64,000 nucleotides of DNA from Felis catus (lineage: Eukaryota), in assembly GCF_018350175.1 (NCBI RefSeq), contig NC_058377.1, forward strand, positions 62,558,001 through 62,622,000, written 5' to 3'. The first letter of the stretch is position 1. The number at the start of each line of letters is the position of its first letter. The notes under the pieces are model-generated. The model ran no database searches. It saw only the letters and a program-made list of their open reading frames with translations, and had not been told where the DNA came from. Positions 11,585 to 24,671 of the stretch are shown one piece after another. Position numbers and translations under genes: made by a program.

Positions 11585-12526
11585 TTAGCTATCTGTCTTG
11601 AGGAAAACCCTCAGGACTCGCTCCCTAATCTGTTTGGTCCTGACCCCATAGATTATAGGATTGAGAGCTGGCGGAACAACCACATATAGGTTGGCCAAGA
11701 AAATGTGGATATATTGAGGGATATTGTGGCCAAATCGGTGTGTCAAGAAAGAGAAAAATGCTGGTGTGAAAAAGGCTAAGATAACACCAATGTGAGAGCC
11801 ACAGGTGTTGAGAGCTTTGAGTCGGGCATCCTTGGAGGGTAAGCAGAAGATAGCATAGAGGATCCTGACATAGGAGAGAATTATAAGGAGCACATCCAAT
11901 AATAGGAGAGAAATGTTGCCAAGACCGAACATAATATTTACTTTGATGCTGGCACAGGCCAGGCGAGCAATGCCCATGTGTTCACAGTAGGTATGAGGGA
12001 TGATATAGTGCCCACAGAAGGGCAGCCTCAGGAGGAGAAATACCAGAGGGGCCACCATGCACAGGTTCCTCAGAATAGCCATGCCTGCAATGAGGCTGAT
12101 GATTTTGCTGGTGAGGATCATGGTGTACCGAAGGGGTTTACAAATGGCAACATAGCGGTCAAAGGCCATGGCCACCAACACAATGCTCTCCATGGCAGTG
12201 AAGAAGTGGATGAAGAACATCTGGGAAAGGCAGCTTTCAAAAGATATATCCCTGAGGCTGAACCAGAAGATGCCCAGCATTTTGGGGATGGTGGCTGTGG
12301 ACAAGCCCAGGTCGATGGAGTCCAACATGGCTAGGAAGTAGTACACGGGCTCATGGAGACTATGCTCAGTCTGGATCACAAACAGGACAGCAGCGTTCCC
12401 CAAGAGTGCAACAAGATACGCAAAGAAAAAGGGAAATCCAATCCAGACGTGCACATCTTCTAGCCCTGGGATACCCAGGAGGAGGAACGAAGAAGGATGG
12501 AACTGGGTGTCATTAGGCATAGCCAT
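11585..12526 (-). CDS. OR52E8: Olfactory receptor OR52E8-like, intact, 313 aa from MAMPNDTQ
   Basis: Single-exon 7TM ORF with [33 protein letters not shown] and [17 protein letters not shown]; closest to recalled human OR52E8/E6. Confidence 0.93.
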   Translation of the reverse strand: MAMPNDTQFHPSSFLLLGIPGLEDVHVWIGFPFFFAYLVALLGNAAVLFVIQTEHSLHEPVYYFLAMLDSIDLGLSTATIPKMLGIFWFSLRDISFESCLSQMFFIHFFTAMESIVLVAMAFDRYVAICKPLRYTMILTSKIISLIAGMAILRNLCMVAPLVFLLLRLPFCGHYIIPHTYCEHMGIARLACASIKVNIMFGLGNISLLLLDVLLIILSYVRILYAIFCLPSKDARLKALNTCGSHIGVILAFFTPAFFSFLTHRFGHNIPQYIHIFLANLYVVVPPALNPIIYGVRTKQIRERVLRVFLKTDS

Positions 12527-12696
12527 TCTTTCTGCTGCAGTGTTTGCACAATTCTTTGTGCACATCAGAGACAATTATTGACTTCTCATTAGTGAATTCT
12601 TCTCCTCTTCTCCCTTTGTCTAGATTCCTAGTAAAATGCAAAAAGCACTTTCATCTTCCCTTACTCTTTTTCAGAAAGAAGTTAAATAATTATTTT

Positions 12697-12902
12697 AGCT
12701 AACAATACCATATTTTATACTTCAAAATTGCCAAAAGACTGTATCTTAAATGTTCTCACCCCCAACAATAAATTGATAGTTATGTGATGTGGTAGGAGTG
12801 ATAGCTAAAGCTATGGAGGTTACCATATTATAATATATAAATGCATCAAATCAACACACTGTACACTGTGAACTCACACAATGCTTTATGTGTGATTAAA
12901 AA
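12697..12902 (+). mobile_element. L1 3' UTR fragment (L1MA9-like)
   Basis: CTTAAATGTTCTCACC...AAATCAACACACTGTACAC; imperfect flanking repeat AGAAAGAAG(A)TTAAA. Confidence 0.7.
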
Positions 12903-13251
12903 AGAAAGAAGATTAAACACACTCCTTACTGTGTGCTATCCTCTCCTGAACATCATCTGGCACCAGGAACAAAACCAGCCTTAATCTGCTGCCACTCTAC
13001 CTAATAAAAAGAGACATAAAGACAAGAGGGCAGAAGAATTATCTCCTGCACAGTTGAAATTCAAACTCTGGAGTGTAGCCAGAAATAAACGAGAAAGATA
13101 AAATTCCATAGTCTATGTATCTGATCGCGTCCCACATATTTTTACTTACTGTGCATAGTGCTTTCTTTGGTATTTGTAATCTCAATTATTCCCCTGTTAG
13201 GGAATCTAAAATTCGTAAAGTGTAGAGTGCATAATCCTGTGTGTATGTGTG

Positions 13252-13369
13252 GAGGGGTTGTTGGGGGGGGGTGGGCTAAATGTGTAAGGGGCACTAAGGA
13301 ATCTACTCCTGAAATCATTGTTGCACTATATGCTAACTAATTTGGATGCAAATAAAAAAAAATTAAAAA
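13252..13369 (+). mobile_element. Very short carnivore L1 3' end
   Basis: TCTACTCCTGAAATCATTGTTGCACTATATGCTAACTAA plus A tail; 19-bp TSD AATCCTGTGTGTATGTGTG at 13233-13251 and 13370-13388. Confidence 0.9.
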
Positions 13370-15938
13370 AATCCTGTGTGTATGTGTGCATGTGTGCATA
13401 TGTGTGTTTATACATTTTTATAGGTTCTTGCAAATACTAGATATTTGACTCTTAGAGCAGAAGAAATTATTTATCTTTGTTTATTCATATGCATGAACAA
13501 ACTGCCATATGAAAGTTCTCAATTTAAACATTTGTAAACAGATGAATTAATTAAAAAGAGATGGGACAGAAAACACTTTCAATGTCTTATTTTATAAAAT
13601 AAATACTCAATTCTATCATAATTTAGTTTTTAAAAAATTTACCTATAAGATTTGAAAAATAGATAATGACTAAGAAGGGGAGATATTTGACAAAGAGTAT
13701 TTTGCAGTTATGATGAAAGATGAATTGAGAGATTATTTTAATCTAGGTAAATTTATCATCTGGAGAGTACATAAGTAAACATATACAGTAAATAAACTGT
13801 CCAGGTATAGGCCAGCTGGGGGAGGGGAGACTAGATATTTGGGGCTAGACAGCTTTCAAATATATCTCTGTCTTGTATCCATGGAGACAGGGCAGGAGCA
13901 TCTTAGACATCCTAGAATTCAGTTCCTACCAAGATTCTATCCTAGCTCTCAGGTTTTTATGGGTGTCTCCTTTAAAGTAATATCGGAAGAAAAAGTATCA
14001 AGTGATTTTGTTTTACAGCATTTATCCAGAATATGTGGGAATTCTGAACTTATTTATAGAAATTAAAATTTTAAAACAAATAAGGGAGAAGTCCGTTACT
14101 GCACAGTTTATTTGAGAAAAGCTAGTCATAAAGAAAATGTGACAGTGATTGTCACATGCAGAAAGCTTAGATTCAACTTTTGGAATACTTGGTTGTTGGA
14201 ATAAGAGCTGACAGGCATCCATTAAAGATAAATACATATAAAGGTCAGTACCTCCTACTTAAAATCCATAACAAGACAAATGACTTGCTAACTGTGCCCA
14301 TTTGAAACCTATGAAGGATAGCAAAAAAAGAGAGATAATTTTGTAATTGGAGAAATTGTCTCAGGAAATATATGTCTGTGTGTGTGCGCATGTGTAGCTA
14401 AACCTGGTCTGCTAGGGCCGGAGAGGAGACAATTGAAGTTCTCAATTTTGCAATGTGAAACTATCAGAGATAGTTTTTGCCTTTCATTAGTGAAGAATAT
14501 GCAAGGTAAGTGGAGAGGTTCTCTTCACAATTTATTCCATCAAATATTTATGAGGCCTTCTGTGTACCAGCATTGATTAGGAAATTTGAATACAAGTTCA
14601 AAGAAAACTTGTCACATACTCTCAAGGAGGCCATTAAATGGAAAGGGAGATAAAATTCCAAAGATGAAATTAAAAACTTGTATTGCAAGTGCTATGTTAG
14701 AAATATATAGAGAATGTTGTAGGTATGGAGGTAGATCAAGAAAAATGCCATGAAGGAGGTTCAACTGATGCTAAGATTCACAGAACAATTCTTCAGCCAA
14801 AGAAGGAAAAAAATTTAATCTATATAGAATGAAGAGAAAGAACAAATTGAAAATAAAAGTATGGTGGCCAGTCAGGGCATGAAAAAGGAATCTGTTACCG
14901 TCTTGATGATTTTATCTAGAAATTCAGTAGATTGACAAACAGACTGTTAATAGTTTCATGTCTTGGTCACTCTTGGGGCTCCATATAGCAGAAACTTAGA
15001 AAATAAAATAGGGCTACATCCCTAGAAAACCAACGTGTCCCACTTAGTTCTGTAGATTTTCTAGGAAGGCTTGCAAATTGGTGCTTCTGAAAAAAACTCA
15101 TTTTCAGTCTGTAAACACTGATCAAAGCAACCAATTACTTAATCATTCTGTAATTATTTCATCATCTATTCACATATCCTCCAATCTGTTGGGTTTAGAA
15201 ATAAGACTGGGTCATAGCCCTTCATTTGACCTGTTACTTCTAAGGTGATACATGGGATTACATCTGTCTAACCAACAATCATTTCCTCCATGTGCCATCC
15301 TCTTAGTCTACTTTACTCCACTAACCTTCACCACACCCGATATCCACATTCCCATTTCTGGAACTGCTAGCAGAAGGAGAAGAAATGATGGACACCTCCT
15401 CATGCTTGCCTAGTCTTGCAGTATCATGACTTTTTCACTTTTATGCAACCTTATTCCCTTCTTCAGACGCTTCATCACCATAGGTCTTATTTAAAAAAAA
15501 AAACTACATTTCATGGCCATGCTTCATGATTCATTTACTCCCAAATTGATTAAATAAAAAGAATTTATTAGTCATGTTTACAATACCTAACACAGTTCTA
15601 GAAATAGAGAAAGCAAGTCCTTGCCCTCCTAATACTCACATTCATGCACCTGTATAAATAGTCAGAAGAGTCAAAAACAATCGGTAAACTGACACCAGAT
15701 ACATTTGTGCATCTCCTTCCACATCTCACTCTTTAGTTTTGTGTGTGAGATTTTGCATGGTCATAAGTACAAGTTCATGCAGTAAAAGTGTACCCTCAAG
15801 AGGTTAGGAGTATGAGCGTGCATTCTCTCTTGATCTTGTTTTCATGTTCATCTGTCCTCCATCTCTCCATACTACCTTGCCTGCCAGCAACTCTTTCCCC
15901 ATTCCTTTTGGTATTTTTCACAATTTAATCATGATATG

Positions 15939-16115
15939 ACTTACATTGGTCTCTAAATCTCTATGAAATATTCCTTGGCATCTTCTTGGGACATGTCACT
16001 TATTATGGAAATACCTATGAATGGAAAGTATTTATATTTTTCTTACAACCCCACACCCCCTGGGATGGGGACATAGAGTGTCTTGGAGATCCATTCCCAG
16101 AGGATTCTAATTATT
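15939..16115 (-). promoter_or_regulatory. Candidate promoter and non-coding exon 1 of the OR52E8-like gene
   Basis: TAATTA 16108-16113, O/E-like TTCCCAGAGGA 16094-16104 and CCCCTGGGA 16057-16065, TATAAA 16031-16036, donor GTAAGT 15944-15939. Acceptor TTTTGCATTTTACTAG ends at 12628. Confidence 0.6.
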
Positions 16116-16488
16116 TGACCTGTCTGGCAGGTACCAGAAAATAACCCCTCACAGGATGCATCTTTATTTGTCCTGACTCAAAACTCACTTACTGTGAACA
16201 GCCTCTTCCCTGACTATTAGTCAAAAACAAGTAATAGAAATTGTCTAAGATTGCAGCTTCCTGAAGCAATAATATTATTAGAGCTAACAAAAGGCTGACC
16301 AAAAAAGTTAAAAGAAAAAATTGGAAAATGAATTGACCATACAGAGTTTTTCAAAGGTCTGAAATATTTCTTAACTATAAAGACACATACATGTACATGA
16401 CTACACACATCCCCAGGAAAGTCCTGAGAAATCCCTAATCTGTCATCTTTGGTGAATATTGACGAAATAATATCAAAATGCAGAATGT

Positions 16489-16690
16489 GGGGTGTCGGGG
16501 TGGCTCAGTCGGTTGGGCATCTGGTTCTTGATCTCTGCTCAGGTCATGATCTCACAGTTTTGTGAGTTCAAGCCCTGCATCTGGCTCTGCCCTGGGAGCA
16601 TAGAGCCTACTTGGGATTCTCTCTCCCCCTCTCTCTCTTCCCCTCCTCTGCTAGCACTGTCTCTTTCTTTAAAAAAAAATCTTAAAAAAA
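16489..16690 (+). mobile_element. SINEC
   Basis: Head, CT tract and A tail; TSD AAAATRCAGAATG. Confidence 0.93.
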
Positions 16691-16766
16691 AATACAGAAT
16701 GCAGTTCATTCTATTAGAAAATATCTGGTGTACTCCAGAAGTCATTTATCTCTCTCTGTCTTTCTG

Positions 16767-16819
<53 letters not shown>

Positions 16820-16864
16820 TGGGGTGGGGTTGCTACATTGCAGAATGCAGATATTTTTAATTTT

Positions 16865-17390
16865 AAAAACTACAGAAAAATATCTCACTGAGTACAGATA
16901 AAAAAGTCTTCAACAATCTATGAACAAATCAAATCTAACAGCATAGTAAAAAAAAATCATGTAGCATGACCAAGTGTAGTTTATCCCAGAAATGCAAGGT
17001 GGTTCAAGATAATAGAAACAATCAAAATATCACATAACATTAATGAAATCAAGGGGAAAAACCACATAACCCTCTTAATTAATGCAGAAAGAACATTTGA
17101 CAAAACCTAAAAAGCTTTTATAACAAAAACATTTTACAAACTTAGAGTATAAGAAAACTTCCTCGACATTATAAAGGGCATTCATGGGAAAAACAAACAA
17201 ACAAACAAACAAACAAACAAAAACTGCAGTTCATATCATAGTCAATGGTGAAAGATTGAAAATAATCTCTCTAAGATCATACACATGAAAAGAATGCCTG
17301 CTTTTAACATTGCTATCTAAAAATTTACTGGAAGTTCTAACTAGAGCAATTTGGCAAGACAAAGTCATTCAAATATGAAAAGAAGGAGGG

Positions 17391-17424
<34 letters not shown>

Positions 17425-17750
17425 AAATAAATAAATAAACTATAAAAAGAAAAGGAGTAAACTATATATGTTTGTAAATGATATAATCTTATATAAAGAA
17501 AATTATAAAGAATGTACAAGACATCCATCAGAACTAATAAATGAATTCAGCAAAGTCACACAACACAATGTCAACATACAGAAATTAGATATATTTAAAT
17601 TCCACCAGTGAATAATCAAAAAGAGAGCTGAGAAAAATTCCATTTACAATAGCCTTGAAAAATAAGAACATACATATTTAGGAATAAATTTAACCAAGAA
17701 AGCACAAGATTTATATATTAAAAGCTATAAAACCCTGATAAAGGAAAGTA
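16865..17750 (+). mobile_element. Old L1 ORF2 (RT region) fragment
   Basis: GACCAAGTGTAGTTTATCCCAGAAATGCAAGG; GAACTAATAAATGAATTCAGCAAAGT; decayed. Confidence 0.85.
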
Positions 17751-17751
17751 C

Positions 17752-19873
17752 AATATATTCTCTAGATATATCTGGAGTTTGAAAATGGGACTACATATTG
17801 GAAATCTACAGGATTAATAAATTATATTCAGATAATTCTGCACTTGATATCAAGATTGGCTTTGTGCTTAAACCATAGATTATTCTAATTTCCTTTTCAA
17901 ATTTTTCTAAATTTTGAAGGGAAACAGTATATATAGCAAACAAGGGAAATTTTAGGTACAATTCAATTGGAACTAGAAACAGAACACATATAATTATTCA
18001 CATCTAAAATGACTTTGCTGTAAGTGAGGAAATAATGTCATGTATACCTAATCCTAAACTGTAGTCTCTTATATTAGCCAATTCACAGAGATTGAATTTA
18101 TTGGGTAAATAGTAAGAAGGAGAAAGAGAGAAACAGATAGAGAGGTAGAGAAAGACAGAAAGAGAAAGAGAAAAATTGAAGGAATCGGGTTAAAAAGAAA
18201 AAAGGGAACAAAAATGACAGTAAGAACAAGATAGGGGAACCATTAAAATGAAAATGAATAATGACTCTAGAGAAGGAAGACAAAACTTGAGAATTAATAT
18301 ACAGAATATAAATCTGTGGAACAGATGCACTAGTTTAGACACTGTCACCAAGCCATGGCTTATACCTTATTTTCCTCATCTACAAAGTGAGATTGTTGAA
18401 TCAGTGTTCCTTCAGGGTCTAAACGTACCTAAAGAGAAGACACATGGAAAAATGGGGAGTGTTCTCATCTTTTCCCACCAGCCATTCTACTCCCAAACCA
18501 CTGCTGCCTCCAGGACATCTTCCTTTTCCATCAGTGCTTTCCCTTCGTCCAGTTACATGGGGTGGGTGGGTAGAGCAGACAGCAAAGTTACCTGTCAACT
18601 CTAAATGAATTCCAATAAAAAATAAAAATCTGGCTACTGCTATCTACTCTAATAGGAAATTTGAAGCAGAGCTCAGATTATTAAAATGTGGGTGGTATGT
18701 GGATATATTTTCCAAATGTTGACACTGAACTATTATTTCTGTACAAATATCTTCACAACTCTCTCTCGGATGTGTTTGGTCCTGACTCCATAGATGACCG
18801 GATTAAGGGCCGGTGGGACAACCACATAAAGATTAGCCAGAAGAATGTGGATATAGCGGGGAATGTTTCTGCCAAAACGGTGTGTCATAAAAGAAAAAAA
18901 AGCTGGCGTGTAAAAGCACAGCATGACACAGACATGAGAACCACAGGTATTGAGAGCCTTTAGCCGGGCATCCTGAGAAGGAAGGCGGAAAACAGCTCGA
19001 AGGATAAGCACATAGGAGGAGGCAATCAGGATCACATCCACAATGATATTAGAAATCACCATGAGCCCATAGATAATGTTGACCTTGATGGGTGCACAGG
19101 CCAACCGGGCAAGACCCATGTGCTCACAGTACGTATGAGGGATGATGTGATGCCCACAGAAGGGCAACCTCAGAATGAGAAACACGAATGGAGTCACAAG
19201 AATTAAATTTCTTCCCACAACAAGAGAAGCTAGGATGCTGATGGTTTTATTGGTGAGGATCATGGTGTACTGGAGAGGGTTGCAGATGGCAACAAAGCGG
19301 TCATAAGCCATGGCCACCAGGAGAACAGTCTCCATTCCTGTGAACATGTGGATAAAGAACATCTGGGCAAGGCAGCCCCCAAAGCTGATCTCTTGTTGGT
19401 TGAACCAGAAGATGCCCAGCATTTTGGGGATGGTGGACGTGGACAGACCCAGATCGATCATAGACAACATGGCCAGGAAGTAGAACATGGGCTGGTGGAG
19501 ACTGTGTTCAGTCTTGATCACAAAGAGAATGGTGATGTTCCCCACAAGGGCAATCAGGTACACAATGCAGAATGGGAAAGCAATCCAGATATGTACAGTT
19601 TCCAGTCCTGGGATTCCTAGCAGGTGAAACAAGGGGGGATGGAAGTGGGTGTCATTGATGGAAGTCATTCTCCCAGCAAGTGTCATTGAATTCCTGTTGA
19701 GGCGTAGGTATCTCACTCTCGTTATGACCTTTTCTTTATCAAGGTCCTGGAAAGATGTAAGAACTCTGTGTGTGTTAGAGTGCTATGGGTGGTGTGCTAC
19801 AGGTCTTAGTATGAGTAGTTGGTTACAAACATTAGAGATTCTGTTCTTTGCAAAGGGTAATTGGGTAACTCTC
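17752..19873 (-). repeat. Left arm of an inverted duplication (partner 35131-37268)
   Basis: Reverse-complement homology; identical core 18446-19720 = 36537-35263. Confidence 0.92.
18733..19668 (-). CDS. OR52E4: Olfactory receptor OR52E4-like, copy A, 311 aa from MTSIND (in-frame upstream ATG at 19686)
   Basis: Intact 7TM ORF with [24 protein letters not shown] and KALNTCGSH; matches recalled human OR52E4. Confidence 0.92.
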   Translation of the reverse strand: MTSINDTHFHPPLFHLLGIPGLETVHIWIAFPFCIVYLIALVGNITILFVIKTEHSLHQPMFYFLAMLSMIDLGLSTSTIPKMLGIFWFNQQEISFGGCLAQMFFIHMFTGMETVLLVAMAYDRFVAICNPLQYTMILTNKTISILASLVVGRNLILVTPFVFLILRLPFCGHHIIPHTYCEHMGLARLACAPIKVNIIYGLMVISNIIVDVILIASSYVLILRAVFRLPSQDARLKALNTCGSHVCVMLCFYTPAFFSFMTHRFGRNIPRYIHILLANLYVVVPPALNPVIYGVRTKHIRERVVKIFVQK

Positions 19874-20106
19874 TTTTTTTAAAATAACTTTTATTTTTTA
19901 ATATTTATTTATTTTGACAGAGAGAGATAGTGTGAGTGACTGGGGGGGGGGCGGGCAGAGAGAGAGTGATAGAGAGAATCCCATGCAAGCTCTGCACTGT
20001 CAGCACAGAGCTTGACACAGGGCTTGAACTCACAAACCATGAGATCATGACCTGAGCTGAAAGCAAGAGTCAGGCACTAAACCGACTGAGCCACCCAAGC
20101 ACCCCC
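19874..20106 (-). mobile_element. SINEC
   Basis: Typical head, CT tract and tail. Confidence 0.92.
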
Positions 20107-20318
20107 TTTTTAAAAAATGTTTATTTACATATTTTGAGAAAGAGAGAGAGCCAGAGAAAGAATGTGAGCCAGGGAGAGGCAGAGAGAGGAAGACAGAGGA
20201 TCCCAAGTGGGCTCTGTGCTGACAGCGGAGAGCCCAATGAGGGACTCAAACTCAGAAACCATGAGATCATGACCTGAGTTGAAGTCAGACACTTAACCCA
20301 CTGAGCCACCCAGGCTCC
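20107..20318 (-). mobile_element. SINEC (in tandem with the previous one)
   Basis: Typical head, CT tract and tail. Confidence 0.92.
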
Positions 20319-22034
20319 ATTCTGATTTCTTTTTAATCTCCCCTTTTTACTGATGCCCCAGGCCCTAGTAACCACCCTTCTACTTTATGTTACTGTGAGT
20401 TTGGCTTTTTTTTTTCAAGATTCCATAATAACTGAGATCGTGTAATATTTGTCTTTATGTGACTGGCTTATTTCACTTTGGTATGATGTCCACAGATTCA
20501 TCCATGTTGTTGCAATGATAGGATATCCGTCTTTTTAAAGAATGTATAATATTCCAATGCATATATAGACCACCTTTTAAAGTTTCTTTCCCCACGTAGA
20601 AATTTAAGATAAATTGGCAAAACTGAATGTTAATCAGTGAAGTTTCTTTCCCATATGAAGTTTCTTTTTCAATAGCTGTTGACTTTTGTAACTGTTGAGA
20701 AAAATTTGAGATCAGATCTAATAATCTACTGCCTAGAGCTGGAAGAATGGGAAGTGATTGATTAATGGGCATAGGATTTCCTTTTGAATTGATGAAATTT
20801 TATAGAACTAGATAGTGTTAACAGTTGTACAATGTTGTGAATGTACTAAGTGCCACTGAATTGTAAAGTTTAAAATGGTTAAAATGGCACTTTCATGTAT
20901 ATTTTATAATTAAAAAAAATTGCTGGTAATATAGATACCCCAAAAAGCCCAAAGACTTAGTCCAAGCATTTCAAAGACTGGAAACAGAGAATAAGGAAAA
21001 AGGAAGGAGAAAAATAAAGTAAAATACTACCTGTTGTATATTTTATGTGAAATAACAAGAACTGACAATCGACCAAATAGCAGACAGCAAGGTTCATGGG
21101 GATTTCCCTAGAGCTTCTCTTCAGCAAGTTTAATGACAAAAGGGAATTCATATTCATTTTAATTCCAATGTCTGAGACTCTCTGGCACCTGGAGACTTCA
21201 TTATAAATCCCCTCAACACACACACACAAGGACAATTTATAAACATCTCTTAGGGCATATTGAGGGTGTATAAGTACATAATTTCAGTAATTAAATTCAC
21301 AGTTGCCAAATGACTTCCTAAGATGGAACATAGGGAACGTGGTGTTTGTGATCAATGCATCTGCAATGTGTGCTTACGATTGGAATTTGGCTTCACAGAA
21401 ATTGAGTTAAGACCTAGAGTATTGGGACTGGGAATGGTACAGATCACTGGTCTGGGGAAAGGTAGGAGGAAGACTAAGATTGGAGAGGAAATATCTACAC
21501 CTGTAATATTTCAGGCATATATAACCTCATCTACTCAACCCAATAATAATCTGAGATAGATAGTACTATGTTTATTTCTGGATGAAACTGAAATACAGAA
21601 TATGTGTGACTTACATAAGGTCAGAAGGCCAGCAAGAATAGAATCAGGACTCTATCCCATGCCACAGTGAAGTGATATTACAGGGTGTCTACTTCTGCTT
21701 CTTTTCCCATACTGCTTTGATAGTGAGTGAGACACAAAGTTTAAAAAAAAAAAGCCATAGTAGGCAAAAAAGGAGAGAGTAGTGAGTTTGAACTCCTTTA
21801 TAATTGAACTGATTCTACACATTCAATACCTTTGATATAAAAAAGGACACAATATGGTAATCAGTTGTTGGTCTCTCTCCATGCTTTATATTTTGAAAGG
21901 ATTAAACTGAATTCAAACTTGATTATTGGGAGACCCAAATTCATGATTGATGCCATGAGCCAAGATAAGCCAAGAGGTGAAAAGCATAGCTTGTTACAAT
22001 AACAAAAAATGTCTTTGGAACTAAATGAATAGAT

Positions 22035-22625
22035 GTATAGTGAGGAATTTTGCCTTACCCAAAAAGAGGTCTGGCCTTTGTTTTTGGCTTCTAGGAAGTT
22101 ATCTGTCATATCTGATAGGAGTTTAGGATGAGGGGTGGTCAAACTCTATCTCAGTGTAAGGGCTGACCACACTATAAATACCAACAATATAACTTAGGGT
22201 GAGAACTTTGGGTCATGTGGCACCAACCAATCTGGAGATTGAGTTCAACCATGTGTGCAATCAATCAATCATATATACATAAATTTGGACACCAAAGCTC
22301 AGGTGAGCCTCCGTGGTTGGCAATATAACTATGCATATTGTCACACATTAATTCCAGGAGGGTAACTCATTCTGACTCCATGAGGGAGGACAATGGATGC
22401 TTCACATTTACAAACCTCACATTCTACCATCAGCATCTCTTCCTTTGTCTGATTTATGATTTTAATCTTTCCCTATAGTAAACTGTAACCATGAGTATAA
22501 TAGCTTTCAGTGAGTTCTGAGTCGTTCTAGTAGATTAGTGAACCTGGAGGTAGTATGGGAAACTTCCTGAACTTGCAGTTGATGTCAGATGTGAGAACAG
22601 TATCAAGAACTGTGCCCTCAAATTT
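22035..22625 (+). mobile_element. MER21-like LTR
   Basis: GGACACCAAAGCTCAGGTGAGC...AAACTGTAACCATGAGTATAATAGCTTTCAGTGAGTTCTG. Confidence 0.7.
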
Positions 22626-23633
22626 GTGGTTTGGTCAGCTCCAGGAAGCAAATCAGATCTGATGTCACATTTCCCTCTCACCAGTTACAGAAGTCAACAG
22701 GTTCTTCAGAAAGATCTTTATATGGGGAAGAAACTTCACAGATTATCATTGCCCCTTGCCAACATATCTTAAAATTGCTACTTGGGCATACCCTAAGAAT
22801 TATGTGGATCTCCTTCTAGATTCTCAGTTCTGTTCCATTGTCTCTTTTTCTTTCTTTTTTTTTAAATAGCAACGCTGCCATAATCATCATAGTTTTATAG
22901 AAAATCTCAACATTTGGTAATGAAAATCTTCCAGATTTATTCTTCTTTGAGGTAGTTTGGTTATTCTAGGTCCTTTATTTCTCCACCCCTTATCTTTCTC
23001 TCTCTCTATTCTTTCATTACTTTCACTAATAAGTTTGCAAACACAGGTCCATATCAGTGTCACAAAACTTAGTTTCTCTTAATTTCACATCTTGATTCTG
23101 CTGCTTATTAGCAACGGGAAGTTAATGAGCTTATCAAAACCTCTCTCTTCCATAAACGAGAACTTGTGTCACAGAATTGTGGGGGGAGAACTAAATGAGA
23201 TAGTGTATGCAAATAATGACAACAACAATGTCTGAAAAATTGTAGGTACTCAATTAATGATAACCATGATTATTGTGCCGGCTATTATTATGATCAATTT
23301 TATTATCTCCTAATAGTATTTATTTCTTCAGGAAGAGGAAAATTAATGCATTTAATTCCTCTGAACCCATCATTTTAGGAAAGACACAATGTTAGCTTCT
23401 ACATTCTTTAACACTTATGCTGCAGGTCAGGAGTGATACTGGGATTATTTATAGAGAGCTGAAAAGGGGTAAAGAATCAAAGGCCTTTAGAAAAATTTGT
23501 TCCCATTATGAATCCTTTGTTAAGGAATGTTTTTATTTTTAATTTTTGTAGATCTCAGTTAACTGTGGATGAATTGTCCAGTGGGAACCACCACCAACTT
23601 TTAAAAATCACACCATCGTCAGCCTGCTGGAGA

Positions 23634-24599
23634 ATGTCTTCTCCCAATGTCACTGAATCCCATCCTCCTTCATTCCTATTGCTGGGGATTCCAGGGTTGG
23701 AAGTTGCACAAATCTGGCTTGTATTTCTCTTCTGTGCTGTGTATCTGATTGCTCTTGTTGGAAATGTTATCATTCTGTTTGTTATCTGGGTTGATCATAG
23801 CCTTCACCAACCTATGTTCTACTTTCTGGCCAAGCTGTCAGTGATTGGCCTAAGTCTCTCTACTACTACCATCTCCAAGATGCTGGGGATCTTCTGGTTC
23901 AGACTTCAGGAGCTGTGCTTTGGGTGATGTGTTGCTCAAGTGTTTTTTATCCACTTTTTTACAGTCATGGAGAGCATTGTACTTCTTGCCATGGGTTTTG
24001 ATCATTATGTGGCTATTTGCAACCCCCTCAGGTACAGCATGATTCTTACCAACAGAGTGATTGGTGTAATTGCTGTGATAGTGGTACTAAGAAGCTTATG
24101 CATGATTGTTCCCATCATTTTTCTCCTCCTGAGCCTGCCTTACTGTGGACACAGAATCATCCCTCATACCTATTGTGAGCACATGGGAGTGGCACGTCTA
24201 GCTTGTGCCAGCATTAATGCCAATGTCTACTATGGTCTTGGAAATATTTCTATCTTGTTTCTGGATGTGCTTCTTATCATTGTCTCATATATTAGGATCT
24301 TATATGCTGTCTTCCACCTCCCTTCCCAAGATGCCCGCCTGAAAGCTCTGAATACCTGTAGCTCCCATATTTGTGTTATCTTGGTCTTCTTTCGTCCAGC
24401 TCTCTTCTCTTTCCTCACTCACCGCTTTGGTCATGACATCCCCAAGTATATCCATATCCTCCTGGCTAACCTCTATGTAGTCATACCCCCTGCCCTCAAC
24501 CCAGTCATTTATGGCATCAGGACCAAGTAGATCCAGGAATGGGTAAAGAGTCTCTTTGTTAAAACAAGATTGATGAGAGGTAATTCATTCAAGTCATGA
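23634..24599 (+). pseudogene. OR52E-family pseudogene (positionally like human OR52E7P)
   Basis: One continuous frame from [22 protein letters not shown] with in-frame TGA 23925-23927 and TAG 24528-24530; DRY changed to DHY; next stop 24597-24599. Confidence 0.9.
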
Positions 24600-24671
24600 A
24601 ATTATAGGGTCTGAAAGGACTAAAATTTATGATAAAATTAATAAATTTCTTTCACCAAAATTAATTTTCTC

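Noticed and set aside
11978-12334. Antisense ORFs inside OR genes (also 19348-19620, 35363-35635, 52095-52403)
   Set aside because: By-products of the codon bias of hydrophobic 7TM sequence; non-ATG starts and no independent support.
13019-13033. CTCF-like GACAAGAGGGCAG
   Set aside because: Lacks the conserved CC at the start of the core.
18248-18604. 118-aa ORF repeated at 36379-36735
   Set aside because: Antisense to the OR 3' UTR; its conservation only reflects the inverted duplication.
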